Positions 35,119 through 43,980 of a DNA stretch of 64,000 nt are shown here, in pieces. The position numbers and the translations under genes are program-made. The DNA is from a virus. Its lineage: Duplodnaviria > Caudoviricetes. Within the stretch, counting starts at the first letter, position 1; every line of letters starts with the position of its first letter. The notes under the pieces were generated by a model. The model saw nothing but the letters and a program-made list of their open reading frames with translations. It was not told where the DNA came from and made no database searches. The DNA lies in the IMG/VR virus record IMGVR_UViG_3300044852_000015, positions 160,001 to 224,000 of that record; one strand, given 5' to 3'.

Positions 35119-35975
35119 GCCGCTTAGCCGATACGATCCTTGAAAACAAGGCGTACAACCAGTACGGTCGTCAGGCCATGGTTGACATCCGTAAGGGTGG
35201 ACAGAACGGTGTAGCACCAGATTTCTCGACGTATATCAGCAACGCTGCGTACGTTCGCCGGAACCTGATCGCCATTCTGATCGAAGCTCCTCGTGGTTTC
35301 CAAGATCTCGAGAACCCAGACTACTGGGTATCGACTCTGAAGAACCTCGTCGAGCTGGCGCCAAAATCCATTGAAGGTCTCCAGCAGACCCTCAGCGTTG
35401 AGCACATCGAAAACCCATTCGGTGGCGCTGGTGAAGTCCAACAAGACATCTCCAACGTTACCCGTGCGCGTTCGGCACCTTCGTTCACCTGGACCGAGAA
35501 ATACGGTAAGGCGATCGCTGCGTTCCTGAACGGCTGGGTACTCAACCTGATCATGGACCCAGAAACCAAATACCCTCGTGTGGTCAACAACGCTGAAAAG
35601 CCGACTGACCTGCTGCCGGACTACACTGGCATGACGGTATTGTTCCTGGAACCCGATCCAACCGGCACCAAGGTGATCACTGCCTGGTTGTCTACCAACA
35701 TGCGGCCTAACAGCAACGTGGCGGAGATTACTGGTAACCGTGACGTCACTGCGGCGCTGCAAGGTCAGGACTACAGCGTGGAGTTCACTGCTCTGACTCA
35801 GGTCGGTGAAGGCGTAAACACCTTCGCTCAAGAGCTGCTGGACAACATGACGCTGACCGGTGCTAACCCTAACCTGCAAGAAGCGTTCGTTCGAGAAATC
35901 GACGCCGACGTTAAAGCAGGCGAAAGCGGTTACGCCGAACAGATCGCGAAGATGGCCTCCTCGGCTATCTCGTAA
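35115..35975 (+). CDS. Tail tube protein (phiKZ gp30-like)
   Basis: 286 aa, coupled to the sheath gene (ATGA); WTEKYG, MDPETK, LFLEPDPT. Confidence 0.8.
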   Translation: MSRLADTILENKAYNQYGRQAMVDIRKGGQNGVAPDFSTYISNAAYVRRNLIAILIEAPRGFQDLENPDYWVSTLKNLVELAPKSIEGLQQTLSVEHIENPFGGAGEVQQDISNVTRARSAPSFTWTEKYGKAIAAFLNGWVLNLIMDPETKYPRVVNNAEKPTDLLPDYTGMTVLFLEPDPTGTKVITAWLSTNMRPNSNVAEITGNRDVTAALQGQDYSVEFTALTQVGEGVNTFAQELLDNMTLTGANPNLQEAFVREIDADVKAGESGYAEQIAKMASSAIS

Positions 35976-35986
35976 GTCTGTGGTTA

Positions 35987-36019
35987 AGACGGAGGCCTTC
36001 GGGCTTCCGTTTTATGCCG
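35987..36019 (+). terminator. TTATGCCG-class terminator
   Basis: GACGGAGGCC-TTCG-GGCTTCCGTT then TTATGCCG. Confidence 0.85.
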
Positions 36020-36078
36020 TATTTAATGAGGACTTTACAGTCTAACCTTTCCCCTATCACCAATAAGGATTTTGTTCC

Positions 36079-37356
36079 ATGGCCCTTAGTGAATATTTTG
36101 AACAGCTTCCTAAAAGCAAGCTGTCTGTGTCCTTCGAGAACTTTGACGCCCTGCGTGCGGTTGCCCGTGACCGTGTAGACGACCCACTACAAGCCGACGA
36201 TACTCTGGACGCACTGTCTGATGACGTCGATACCTTTGTGTGCTCACTGGAGTCGATCATTGACTCCGGTCAGTGTTCCATGGGTACTGCCACCATGGTC
36301 TGGGCTTCGCTGGAAAGCATCTCTGTCCGTATGGGCGTTGCGTTGACTGTACCGTCGCTGGAAGACGCTGGTAGTGATCCAGAGGTCATCCACAACATCG
36401 CCATGGAAGCATTCGGTGACATCATCGGTCGTGTTATCCAGGCGTACGTGAACAAGTACAAAACTATGTTCGCGGCACTGATCATCCTGTTCCAAGGTCG
36501 TGCGAAACTGGCTCAGCGCCACAAGCGCCGCATCGGTGAGTACCGTCAGGAATGGAAAGAGAAAGAACAGGACCTGTACAAGATCCGTCAGACCGGTAGC
36601 TCCAACGGTATGATGACCCAACAGATGTTCTACCGCAACAACAAGGTCGAAACTGACCCGATGGCTGCGATGACATCCGACATGGCCTTCTACCGCTGGA
36701 TGTTCGGTCCGTACTCTCGTACCCTGGAGCAAATGGCCAAGACTGTGGGTTCTACCTTCAAGTCGGTCAAGATCAAAGGTGAAGCTGACGTTGAAACTCT
36801 GGTGGGTAAGATCGCCAAGCTCAAGCGTCCGATCGAAGCCTTCGATGACAAGTACCTGAACAAAGGTCCGATCCTGATGGGTAACGTAGGCTTCACGCTG
36901 CGTACCAGTAAGGCACCAAAACCAGCAGGCCGTACCCCAGAGTACGAGAAGCTGGCAGAGATGTCGGGTAAGGCGATGGTCTACCCAGTGATCAAGGTGT
37001 TGAAGAAAGCCTTCGACCCAAGCTTCATCTGGAAAGACGTTGTCATCAAGAACGCTGACGTGCTCAAGTACCTCGACCTGCTGGAAGAGTCCTGCGACAT
37101 CATCATCGACTACGTAGAGCGCATGAAGATCCACACCGCTCCTTACTGGGCGATGGTTGATGACATGAAGGGCGCTGCTGGTGCTGCTGACGGTTTGAAC
37201 AACAACAGCAAGCGTGCGATCAAGCAGTGCATCGGTTACGGTGACTCCATCCGTTACCAACACTTCTTCCTCGTCAAGCAAATGTCGATGGTGTTGAACG
37301 ACATGTCGACTGCGGGTACGTACTTCATCTCCCGTCTGATTGCTCGTTCGAAATAA
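36079..37356 (+). CDS. Internal head (inner body/ejection) protein with acidic propeptide
   Basis: Acidic N-terminal ~110 aa with repeated S/A-x-E protease sites (SFE, SLE x3, AME), then a basic mature region. Confidence 0.75.
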   Translation: MALSEYFEQLPKSKLSVSFENFDALRAVARDRVDDPLQADDTLDALSDDVDTFVCSLESIIDSGQCSMGTATMVWASLESISVRMGVALTVPSLEDAGSDPEVIHNIAMEAFGDIIGRVIQAYVNKYKTMFAALIILFQGRAKLAQRHKRRIGEYRQEWKEKEQDLYKIRQTGSSNGMMTQQMFYRNNKVETDPMAAMTSDMAFYRWMFGPYSRTLEQMAKTVGSTFKSVKIKGEADVETLVGKIAKLKRPIEAFDDKYLNKGPILMGNVGFTLRTSKAPKPAGRTPEYEKLAEMSGKAMVYPVIKVLKKAFDPSFIWKDVVIKNADVLKYLDLLEESCDIIIDYVERMKIHTAPYWAMVDDMKGAAGAADGLNNNSKRAIKQCIGYGDSIRYQHFFLVKQMSMVLNDMSTAGTYFISRLIARSK

Positions 37357-37358
37357 CG

Positions 37359-37415
37359 CGGCATAAAAGCAAAAAAAAAAAAAGAGGGGGCCCGAAAGCC
37401 CTCTCTTTTATGCCG
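37359..37415. terminator. Bidirectional terminator (long U on minus, TTATGCCG on plus)
   Basis: A13-GAGGGGGC-CCGAAA-GCCCTCTC-TTTTATGCCG. Confidence 0.85.
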
Positions 37416-37797
37416 CCTGTTTCTGACGGAACTGCAACACCAAGTCGTGTACCGTGTTGAACAGATCTAACTCATTGAGGTAGCTCTTGTCCAAGGAAAA
37501 CGGATTGATGTAGTTGTTCTTTAGAGCGTAGTCGTAGAACTGTTGGTAACACTGTGTCTTCTCAGACCAACGATCGCTGAATGCCAAACACCACTGGAAG
37601 TAGAACACCACCAGAGAGTTATTGCCACACACTTGATGCACACGCATGGGTCGTAGCTCTTTAGCGAACTCAGTCGTTAAAGCCTCGTACTCATTGCGTT
37701 CTGTGATGGACTTCCCCCGAAGTTCCACCGCTTCATAACTCAAGCCAACCATTACCGCCAACAACAATGTCCTATAACGTTCTACGTCCACGGTCAT
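37408..37797 (-). CDS. Hypothetical protein
   Basis: 129-aa ORF. Confidence 0.65.
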   Translation of the reverse strand: MTVDVERYRTLLLAVMVGLSYEAVELRGKSITERNEYEALTTEFAKELRPMRVHQVCGNNSLVVFYFQWCLAFSDRWSEKTQCYQQFYDYALKNNYINPFSLDKSYLNELDLFNTVHDLVLQFRQKQAA

Positions 37798-37828
37798 GCC
37801 CCTAAGGTAACTTCTTCATACGGTAGGT

Positions 37829-38185
37829 TTAAATTTCACCCATGTACTCACAGATCAAGCCACGTTCTTCCGCGTAGGCTAAGATCTTGTCTTTACACAA
37901 GTGTCTGTGACAGAACACACCAGCGCGACACATACACGCAATGGCCACCTTGTCTTGCTCAAAGAGAGCTTCCCATTCGTGAGGGGAGTCTATCTGGGAC
38001 TGGGACAACATCGCGTTGTACAGCTCTGTGTACTCTTCCTGCGACATGCTCCCGTACTTGTACGAATGAACCATGTGCTTAGTGGGAGAGAACGCCGTTT
38101 CTTTCTTGAAGGTGGTATCTACAAAGAGAATACCTAGCGGGGCGCAACGACGCCACTGAGCCATTTGTATCGTGTACAGTTCCAT
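37829..38185 (-). CDS. DUF488-like protein
   Basis: LYTIQ, FSPT, Y...Y, AIACMC....FCHRHL. Confidence 0.7.
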   Translation of the reverse strand: MELYTIQMAQWRRCAPLGILFVDTTFKKETAFSPTKHMVHSYKYGSMSQEEYTELYNAMLSQSQIDSPHEWEALFEQDKVAIACMCRAGVFCHRHLCKDKILAYAEERGLICEYMGEI

Positions 38186-38195
38186 GGCAACCTCA

Positions 38196-38246
38196 ACAAA
38201 AAATAAAACTCAGCATAAAAGCGGTAGGGTTGGCCCCTACCGCTTT
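38196..38246 (-). terminator. Terminator with TTATGC followed by a U tract
   Basis: GCGGTAGGG-GCCAA-CCCTACCGC-TTTTATGCTGAGTTTTATTTTTTG. Confidence 0.8.
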
Positions 38247-38258
38247 CACACAGATTGC

Positions 38259-39134
38259 TTAGGCCTTGGCCAGAGCTTCAGCAGCACGCTTGTTGATGCC
38301 GTCGCGGACTTTCTTCAGCGAACCTTTGTTCGCATGAGCGTTCACGCCGTACTTCATCGAGACGATGCCGTACTTGGTGACGGTTGCATTTGGATCGCGA
38401 GTTTCGCCTTCTTTCGGGATGCCGCCAGCCGGGTAGTCTTTCGAGCGCTGGATGGTGCCGGCCAGGGAGTCGCTACCGCAACCGAACTCGACGCTCAGTT
38501 GTTCCAGCTTCTCGTCGGCCTTGAAAGCCGGGATAGCGATGTTGGCCAGAGCTTCAGCAGTACCGGCAACCAGGTCGCTGGTGTGATCCTGGTAGACCTT
38601 GACGATTTCTGGGGTCAGGGTTTCTGGCAGCAGCTTGTTGTACAGATCGCTGCTGACTTCGACGATGCCCGCTTCACCGATTTTCATTTCGGCTTCGATT
38701 GCTGCGGCCAGGTCCAGAACGTTCTTTTTGATGTCGCTCATTGCACGATTTCCTTGCGGTTGATTATGTACTTCGGATTTATGAGGGGTAACTACATACA
38801 CTTGTTCAGCGCAGTAATCTTTTACTGGTTGATTTGGTTGTTGCGGGACGCTTTCGAAGGTATCCTTTACCACTTTGTCGACGATCGCTTTGATCTCGTC
38901 GGCATCGAGTTCCCGAGGGGTAGGGTACGTGACCCTGATTACATCTGCCATCTCAGTGACGATCTCAAGTTGAATGTCACTGTCGATGCTGTCGTACCAG
39001 CCGTCGAAACCTCCTCGACAGCTTAGGTTAAACAGGATGTCCTTTGTTGCTTGGTTGGCTGGATCAGAGAGATCGAGTTTAGCGAAGGGATCTCCGTCAT
39101 CCTCGTCTTCTTCCAGATCATGATTAGACATCAC
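38259..39134 (-). CDS. Hypothetical protein with probable in-frame internal start at 38741
   Basis: 291-aa ORF; internal AAGGA RBS before MSDIKK. Confidence 0.7.
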   Translation of the reverse strand: MMSNHDLEEDEDDGDPFAKLDLSDPANQATKDILFNLSCRGGFDGWYDSIDSDIQLEIVTEMADVIRVTYPTPRELDADEIKAIVDKVVKDTFESVPQQPNQPVKDYCAEQVYVVTPHKSEVHNQPQGNRAMSDIKKNVLDLAAAIEAEMKIGEAGIVEVSSDLYNKLLPETLTPEIVKVYQDHTSDLVAGTAEALANIAIPAFKADEKLEQLSVEFGCGSDSLAGTIQRSKDYPAGGIPKEGETRDPNATVTKYGIVSMKYGVNAHANKGSLKKVRDGINKRAAEALAKA

Positions 39135-39166
39135 TTGACTCCATAGCCAATTGATTCAAGCTGGTT

Positions 39167-39201
39167 ATTGCACTTAAGTAATATATACCTAAGTTTTCTT
39201 C
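39167..39201 (-). promoter_or_regulatory. Early promoter (TATATTAC)
   Basis: AAGAAAACTTAGGTATATATTACTTAAGTGCAAT. Confidence 0.8.
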
Positions 39202-39212
39202 GAATCGACTCT

Positions 39213-39497
39213 TCAGTTACGCTCAGCTAACACCGTGATCATTCCACGATCGTGACCGATGGCTGTGATCGAGAGGAGTGACTCCTTCTCATTATAGCCA
39301 ACCCGCAGGAACCACACACGCTTCAGGTTGTGGCGCACGTATTCAACCCAACGCTGGGCAACGTGACTGGTTGTACGTGGATTATCCTGATACCACTTCT
39401 CTACGGTACTCAGGATGTCACGCTTGACACGATCGTGTCGTTCCCAGTGCGGATGTATCTCTAACTCGTAGTGCAGCGCCTTAGCGTCCTCAGCCAT
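39213..39497 (-). CDS. Hypothetical protein
   Basis: 94-aa ORF overlapping the upstream stop. Confidence 0.65.
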   Translation of the reverse strand: MAEDAKALHYELEIHPHWERHDRVKRDILSTVEKWYQDNPRTTSHVAQRWVEYVRHNLKRVWFLRVGYNEKESLLSITAIGHDRGMITVLAERN

Positions 39498-39684
39498 TCT
39501 TAGCGCTCCACATCAACAACCCACCCAAAGCCCGACGCACAGGCTTAAAGATTACGATGCACACCAGAAACAGAATCTGGAGCGCAGTGATTGCTAAGCT
39601 GAGCTTAAGGAAGATCAGACAGAACAAGTCGACGGCCAAGAAGCCGAGCAAACAGACCAACAGAAACTTCTTGATTACTTTCAT
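39490..39684 (-). CDS. Small two-TM membrane protein
   Basis: Two hydrophobic helices; ATGA coupling. Confidence 0.7.
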   Translation of the reverse strand: MKVIKKFLLVCLLGFLAVDLFCLIFLKLSLAITALQILFLVCIVIFKPVRRALGGLLMWSAKNG

Positions 39685-39893
39685 CGCCGTTGGTACCAGC
39701 GATAGGTTTTCAGCACAGCCAACCCAACAGCCAAGATGAACACAAAGAAGATTTGTGCGTAGAAGATGGCGTCAGAGGTGGGGAAGAATTGCATCAGTAC
39801 CAGAATCGTAATCAGGTACACGATGGAGCACCCAATCAAATACCAAGCCTTGGGTGTGATGCTGCGAATGTAATTGCGAATTTGTGCTTTCAC
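39681..39893 (-). CDS. Small two-TM membrane protein
   Basis: Two hydrophobic helices with basic ends; AAGG RBS. Confidence 0.7.
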   Translation of the reverse strand: MKAQIRNYIRSITPKAWYLIGCSIVYLITILVLMQFFPTSDAIFYAQIFFVFILAVGLAVLKTYRWYQRR

Positions 39894-39939
39894 GGTAATT
39901 CTACCTTTTGATTAAAAGACTATGCTACAACTTTGTAGT

Positions 39940-39974
39940 TCATCACCTAAGTAATATAGGTTTGAAATATATTT
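39940..39974 (-). promoter_or_regulatory. Early promoter (TATATTAC)
   Basis: AAATATATTTCAAACCTATATTACTTAGGTGATGA. Confidence 0.8.
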
Positions 39975-39993
39975 CAACAGAATCGTTTCTAAC

Positions 39994-40037
39994 GGCATAA
40001 AAGACCCAAGGGCTACACACCCTTGGGTTCTTATGCG
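39994..40037 (-). terminator. TTATGCCG-class terminator of the vRNAP/protease operon
   Basis: ACCCAAGGG/CCCTTGGGT hairpin then CTTTTATGCCG. Confidence 0.85.
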
Positions 40038-40043
40038 ATCGTG

Positions 40044-40757
40044 TCACCAGCGAGCGCTGGGAGGCTCCTGATGGGACAGGAGGTCTGCTGTTTGGCCTTT
40101 GATCTTCTTCCACTCAGTAGCGGTCAGTTGGCGAAGGTTTGACACTTCCCCTTTGTTCCAACCCTCTACCATGCGAGCGTATTCCAATGTCCAGAACCCT
40201 TCAGTCAGTATGATGTCATCCATCAACCGAACCACCGCACCTTTACTCACCTCGAAGAACATCTCGACGGCTTTCTGGTACTTCGCGTTTAGCTGCCTTA
40301 CATAGACCGACCGGTAGAAATACTTACCGATGATCTCGGCTGAGTATGACCACTTATTGTCAGCGTAAGGAACCAACCACCGTTCGTCAGTGTAGTCAGC
40401 ATCGAACAAGATCTTGACGGACGGCTTGACGTTCACCTGGTTTCGGAAACCGTAGATGTACCAACCATCACGCCACTTCTTGTTGTAGCGACCCTCTTCC
40501 CAATCGTAACGATCCTGTTGATAACCCAAGATGCAACCAATGATGGTCGGTGCCGTACTCACACGAGGAACAGAACGATCCTCGTGCTTTGCAGAGCGTT
40601 GGGTCAGTTGGGGAACGAACTTCTTGATCCCAGGGTCAATCGAGATGTGATACAGGAATTCCTGACCCATCTCCTCTGGCGACACAACCGTACAGTTCTT
40701 ACCTACCCCGTTCTTGAAGGAATCAATGTAGGCTTGACAGTCTTCGACGTCGCTCAT
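40044..40757 (-). CDS. Conserved phiKZ-like protein (gp174-like by synteny)
   Basis: Start reassigned to MSDVED after an AAGGGG RBS; LYHIS...F.P...R....ED....RVS.AP motif. Confidence 0.7.
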   Translation of the reverse strand: MSDVEDCQAYIDSFKNGVGKNCTVVSPEEMGQEFLYHISIDPGIKKFVPQLTQRSAKHEDRSVPRVSTAPTIIGCILGYQQDRYDWEEGRYNKKWRDGWYIYGFRNQVNVKPSVKILFDADYTDERWLVPYADNKWSYSAEIIGKYFYRSVYVRQLNAKYQKAVEMFFEVSKGAVVRLMDDIILTEGFWTLEYARMVEGWNKGEVSNLRQLTATEWKKIKGQTADLLSHQEPPSARW

Positions 40758-40767
40758 TTCAGTCCCC

Positions 40768-41532
40768 TTACCAGCGGGCTGAAGGTGGCAACACCAAACC
40801 AGCAGGGCCAGTCTTCTTCCAACCGAAGTCAACGAAGATCGTACCGCTACTTACGCCACCGTTGTCTTCCATCGACACGCCAGCCCCCACACCGCTTTCC
40901 ATCGCTTCGATGTGATCACGGGTGAACTCGGCTTCCTCGAAGGATTCCAGTGACGGGGAGTGCCACTTACGAGCAATGTCAATGCCAGGTTCGTTCACGT
41001 AGTCCCAGGTGACGATCGTACGGATGTGCTTGACCAGACGTCCGCCTTCAATCTTGTCATCCGTCAGCGAGCGTACAGAGAAGCACACGCTCTCGTTCGG
41101 GTTCTCCATCGACTCGCCCAGAGCCTGACCTTTAGGGCCAGACGGCTTGACGTGTCCGATGACCGCAACCACACGATTACCCGACTTGTCTTTGATCGTG
41201 TCCTTCTCGATGCGTACATCTTTGAAGTGGCAGCAGACGTTGTCTTCGTAGATCGTGGACACACGACGCAGGAAGCTGCGCATGTCTTGACCCGGCAGTT
41301 GTTTAGGGTGACCGTACTCGCCACGGCAAGCACCAGTCTCAATACGACGCATCAAGTTCGAGGATTGCTCGAACAGTGACTGAGCCGATTTCAGCGGATA
41401 GAAAGCACCACCGCTGTTGTAGGTGTCCAGACCACCCAGGACGAACTCGTAATAGCCGTCGCTGTCAGGAGTCATCTTCCCTACTTTGTTTGTGCCGAGC
41501 AACGCGACACAACCGTAACTTACACGTTCCAT
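40768..41532 (-). CDS. Prohead (head maturation) protease, phiKZ gp175-like
   Basis: GEYGHP (His), FSVRS (Ser), TWDYVNEPG (Asp); SLE and SME sites before the C-terminal tail. Confidence 0.9.
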   Translation of the reverse strand: MERVSYGCVALLGTNKVGKMTPDSDGYYEFVLGGLDTYNSGGAFYPLKSAQSLFEQSSNLMRRIETGACRGEYGHPKQLPGQDMRSFLRRVSTIYEDNVCCHFKDVRIEKDTIKDKSGNRVVAVIGHVKPSGPKGQALGESMENPNESVCFSVRSLTDDKIEGGRLVKHIRTIVTWDYVNEPGIDIARKWHSPSLESFEEAEFTRDHIEAMESGVGAGVSMEDNGGVSSGTIFVDFGWKKTGPAGLVLPPSARW

Positions 41533-41539
41533 AAGGCAC

Positions 41540-42265
41540 CTACCTTCTCAAGAGTCCTTCGATAGGCTCCACTGTGTCAGATGGATTCACCAGTGCAGAG
41601 GTGAGGCCTTCTTCCCAGTAAGCACCTACCAGTTTTGCTGTAGTGTTACTTGCCCCGTACGTCACGCTTCGCAGAGGGATATAGAACGCAGGGGTAGTCC
41701 CCAGGTCCTTCTCCAACTTCAAAGCGTGACGGTAGAACATTGACCGGTCTGCGGACAAACGACTGATCGCGGCGATGATCATTTCCACGATGGCGAAGTT
41801 AGCACCCACAGACACACCAGCATGTTTCGGTGCACTCTCGAAGATACGCCCCAAGTCCTCGTAAGACATGAACCAAGGAACGTGTCCCTTAGCAATGATC
41901 TCCGAATAGACTCGGTAAATGAAAGTGTCTCGCTTAACCAGGTTGAGGTCAGCAATCACCACACTCCCCGGATCGAAGACGAACTCAATGTAGTCCTCAT
42001 CATCCAGTTTGATGTAGTTAGTGCTTGTGGGTTCAATACGCATCATGGCATTGACCAACGACACACCGTAATAGGCATCGTCGACCGTGATTGCAAAGAT
42101 ACCGGAGATACTAGTCTCGGTACCCAAGAACGCCATCTGTTGTTCTGTAAAACGGGCAGGGACGTAGATCTTACATCCCTTCGTTGTTACCAACGTTCCG
42201 TCTTCCATCTCCCGCAGATACGCATGAACCTTCGAAGGATCTCGTTTGAACTTTCTCGGGTCCAT
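41540..42265 (-). CDS. Conserved protein (gp176-like by synteny)
   Basis: 241-aa ORF between the protease and vRNAP genes. Confidence 0.7.
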   Translation of the reverse strand: MDPRKFKRDPSKVHAYLREMEDGTLVTTKGCKIYVPARFTEQQMAFLGTETSISGIFAITVDDAYYGVSLVNAMMRIEPTSTNYIKLDDEDYIEFVFDPGSVVIADLNLVKRDTFIYRVYSEIIAKGHVPWFMSYEDLGRIFESAPKHAGVSVGANFAIVEMIIAAISRLSADRSMFYRHALKLEKDLGTTPAFYIPLRSVTYGASNTTAKLVGAYWEEGLTSALVNPSDTVEPIEGLLRR

Positions 42266-42277
42266 CGGTTATATTCC

Positions 42278-43729
42278 TTAGGCGGACGGATTGACTTTGT
42301 CAGCGGTGATCAGAGTAGCAACCCAGTTCGGGATGTATTCGATCATTGCCAGCAGACCAGCCTCACGAATGTCCAGGGTTGGGTTTTCACGGGCCGCAGT
42401 GTCGAGCATGGTGAGGATTTCCAGCGCATCGGTGTGCGGGAACATCACGTTGCAGATCACTTTACGGCAAGTGGTGAACAGGCAGTCTTCGTACCAGTTG
42501 TTCGGCATGTCGCGAACGTAGGCGTGAAGCGCTGTGACGTAGATGCTGCGCTCGGTAACCAACAGGTCATCCGGCAGAGCAGCAATCTGTTGTTCCACAG
42601 CACGCACCAAACCAGTCAGGTAGTGGTTAGCCTTTTGCAGACGCAGGTTGGTCGACATCACACGCTCTTGGCTTTCCCAGATTTTGCAATACTGGTCTTT
42701 GCGCTCGAGCAACAGGTCGTAGTTGTAGTTGCGGTCGGTCAAGAAAGCACCGAACAGAACTTCAGGCGAACCGCCGGCTTCCAAGAACTTGCCGTACATG
42801 TCGCCGTTCACGCGGATCTGAATCGGAGTGATGCCGATGTCGTCTTCACGGAACTGAGTCCAGTCGTTGATCAGAGTCTTCTTGGCCACAGCCGACTCAC
42901 GACGTTCGAGTACACGCACCATCGCACGACCAGACTGGGCAACGATTTCAGCCACGAACTCTTTGTACTCGTTCAGACCAGCACGCACACCTTCCGGAGT
43001 CACGTCCAACAGCTTGAGGGCCATCAGGTGGATCAGGAGGATCTGGTTCGGTTCAACGTACAGTGGGTTCAGCCACGACAGCAGGGACGGGTTGTAGTCA
43101 TCACCTGTGGACACGAACACTTTGTTGTACAGGTCGGTGATGTAGTTCTCTGGGAGAGAAGCCACAAAGTCAGCCAAGTCGGTGTTGAAACGAGCGATGC
43201 CGGTTTCAATCAGCGTCATCGGCGAAGCCATGTTCTCTGGCAACGGTACAGTGATGCCCAACTTGACGTCCTTAACGGCAGTCTCGTTGAAGCGCTCAAC
43301 CATACCAGCGAGGTAGTGGCTACCCCAGATGGCGTGGTAGATGTCGGCCTTAACCGAGATCGCCGTGTTCTTCAGAGTCATCGCCGAATTGGTGTAATCT
43401 TCGACGAACTGGACAGCGGCTTTAACACAAGGGTTAACTTGGTTACGCGCCAGATCCATACCCCAGGTGACAGTGCGCTTCAACACACCCACAACTTCGT
43501 CCATGACGAGGTCGTGTTCGCAGACGCCTTGAGCGTTCTTGCACGTACTGCCAAACTGAATACGTTCTTCAGCCGACATGTCCATGCTACCGATGTCTGG
43601 GTTCGGCAGATAACCAGCAGTAACCAGCGTGGCCAGTGGAGTACCAGCGATAGGCTTGAGCTGAATGCCTTTCTTTTCCAGCTTGTCAGCCAGAGCGATG
43701 GCGGCAGTCAGGGAATTATAGTTAAGCAT
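42278..43729 (-). CDS. Conserved protein (gp177-like by synteny)
   Basis: 483-aa ORF with strong codon bias. Confidence 0.7.
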   Translation of the reverse strand: MLNYNSLTAAIALADKLEKKGIQLKPIAGTPLATLVTAGYLPNPDIGSMDMSAEERIQFGSTCKNAQGVCEHDLVMDEVVGVLKRTVTWGMDLARNQVNPCVKAAVQFVEDYTNSAMTLKNTAISVKADIYHAIWGSHYLAGMVERFNETAVKDVKLGITVPLPENMASPMTLIETGIARFNTDLADFVASLPENYITDLYNKVFVSTGDDYNPSLLSWLNPLYVEPNQILLIHLMALKLLDVTPEGVRAGLNEYKEFVAEIVAQSGRAMVRVLERRESAVAKKTLINDWTQFREDDIGITPIQIRVNGDMYGKFLEAGGSPEVLFGAFLTDRNYNYDLLLERKDQYCKIWESQERVMSTNLRLQKANHYLTGLVRAVEQQIAALPDDLLVTERSIYVTALHAYVRDMPNNWYEDCLFTTCRKVICNVMFPHTDALEILTMLDTAARENPTLDIREAGLLAMIEYIPNWVATLITADKVNPSA

Positions 43730-43731
43730 GG

Positions 43732-43926
43732 TTACACCACCCCTTGGTCTTTGGTCAGTCGACGTTGAATGGTCGCCGCAATGGCGCTCTTCATGGTCGC
43801 TGGAGGAATCTTTTGGCCGTTGACAGTGTTGGACACTGCTTCACCGGCCACTGCCATGATCAGGCACGCCGACAGTTCGATCGCATTACCCAAAACGGTC
43901 AGGTTTTGTTCAGTTACTTTGTTCAT
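43732..43926 (-). CDS. Small hypothetical protein
   Basis: 64-aa ORF packed in the operon. Confidence 0.6.
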   Translation of the reverse strand: MNKVTEQNLTVLGNAIELSACLIMAVAGEAVSNTVNGQKIPPATMKSAIAATIQRRLTKDQGVV

Positions 43927-43980
43927 AGGAAGAACCCGATATGAGAGTTAACGTGGGTTAGGGGGCGAACCCCCTAACCA

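Noticed and set aside
41822-43768. 648-aa plus-strand ORF, and similar long antisense ORFs at 1350-2498, 15613-16851, 34000-35217 and 36244-37281
   Set aside because: These are mirror frames of strongly codon-biased real genes, with no RBS or recognisable motifs.
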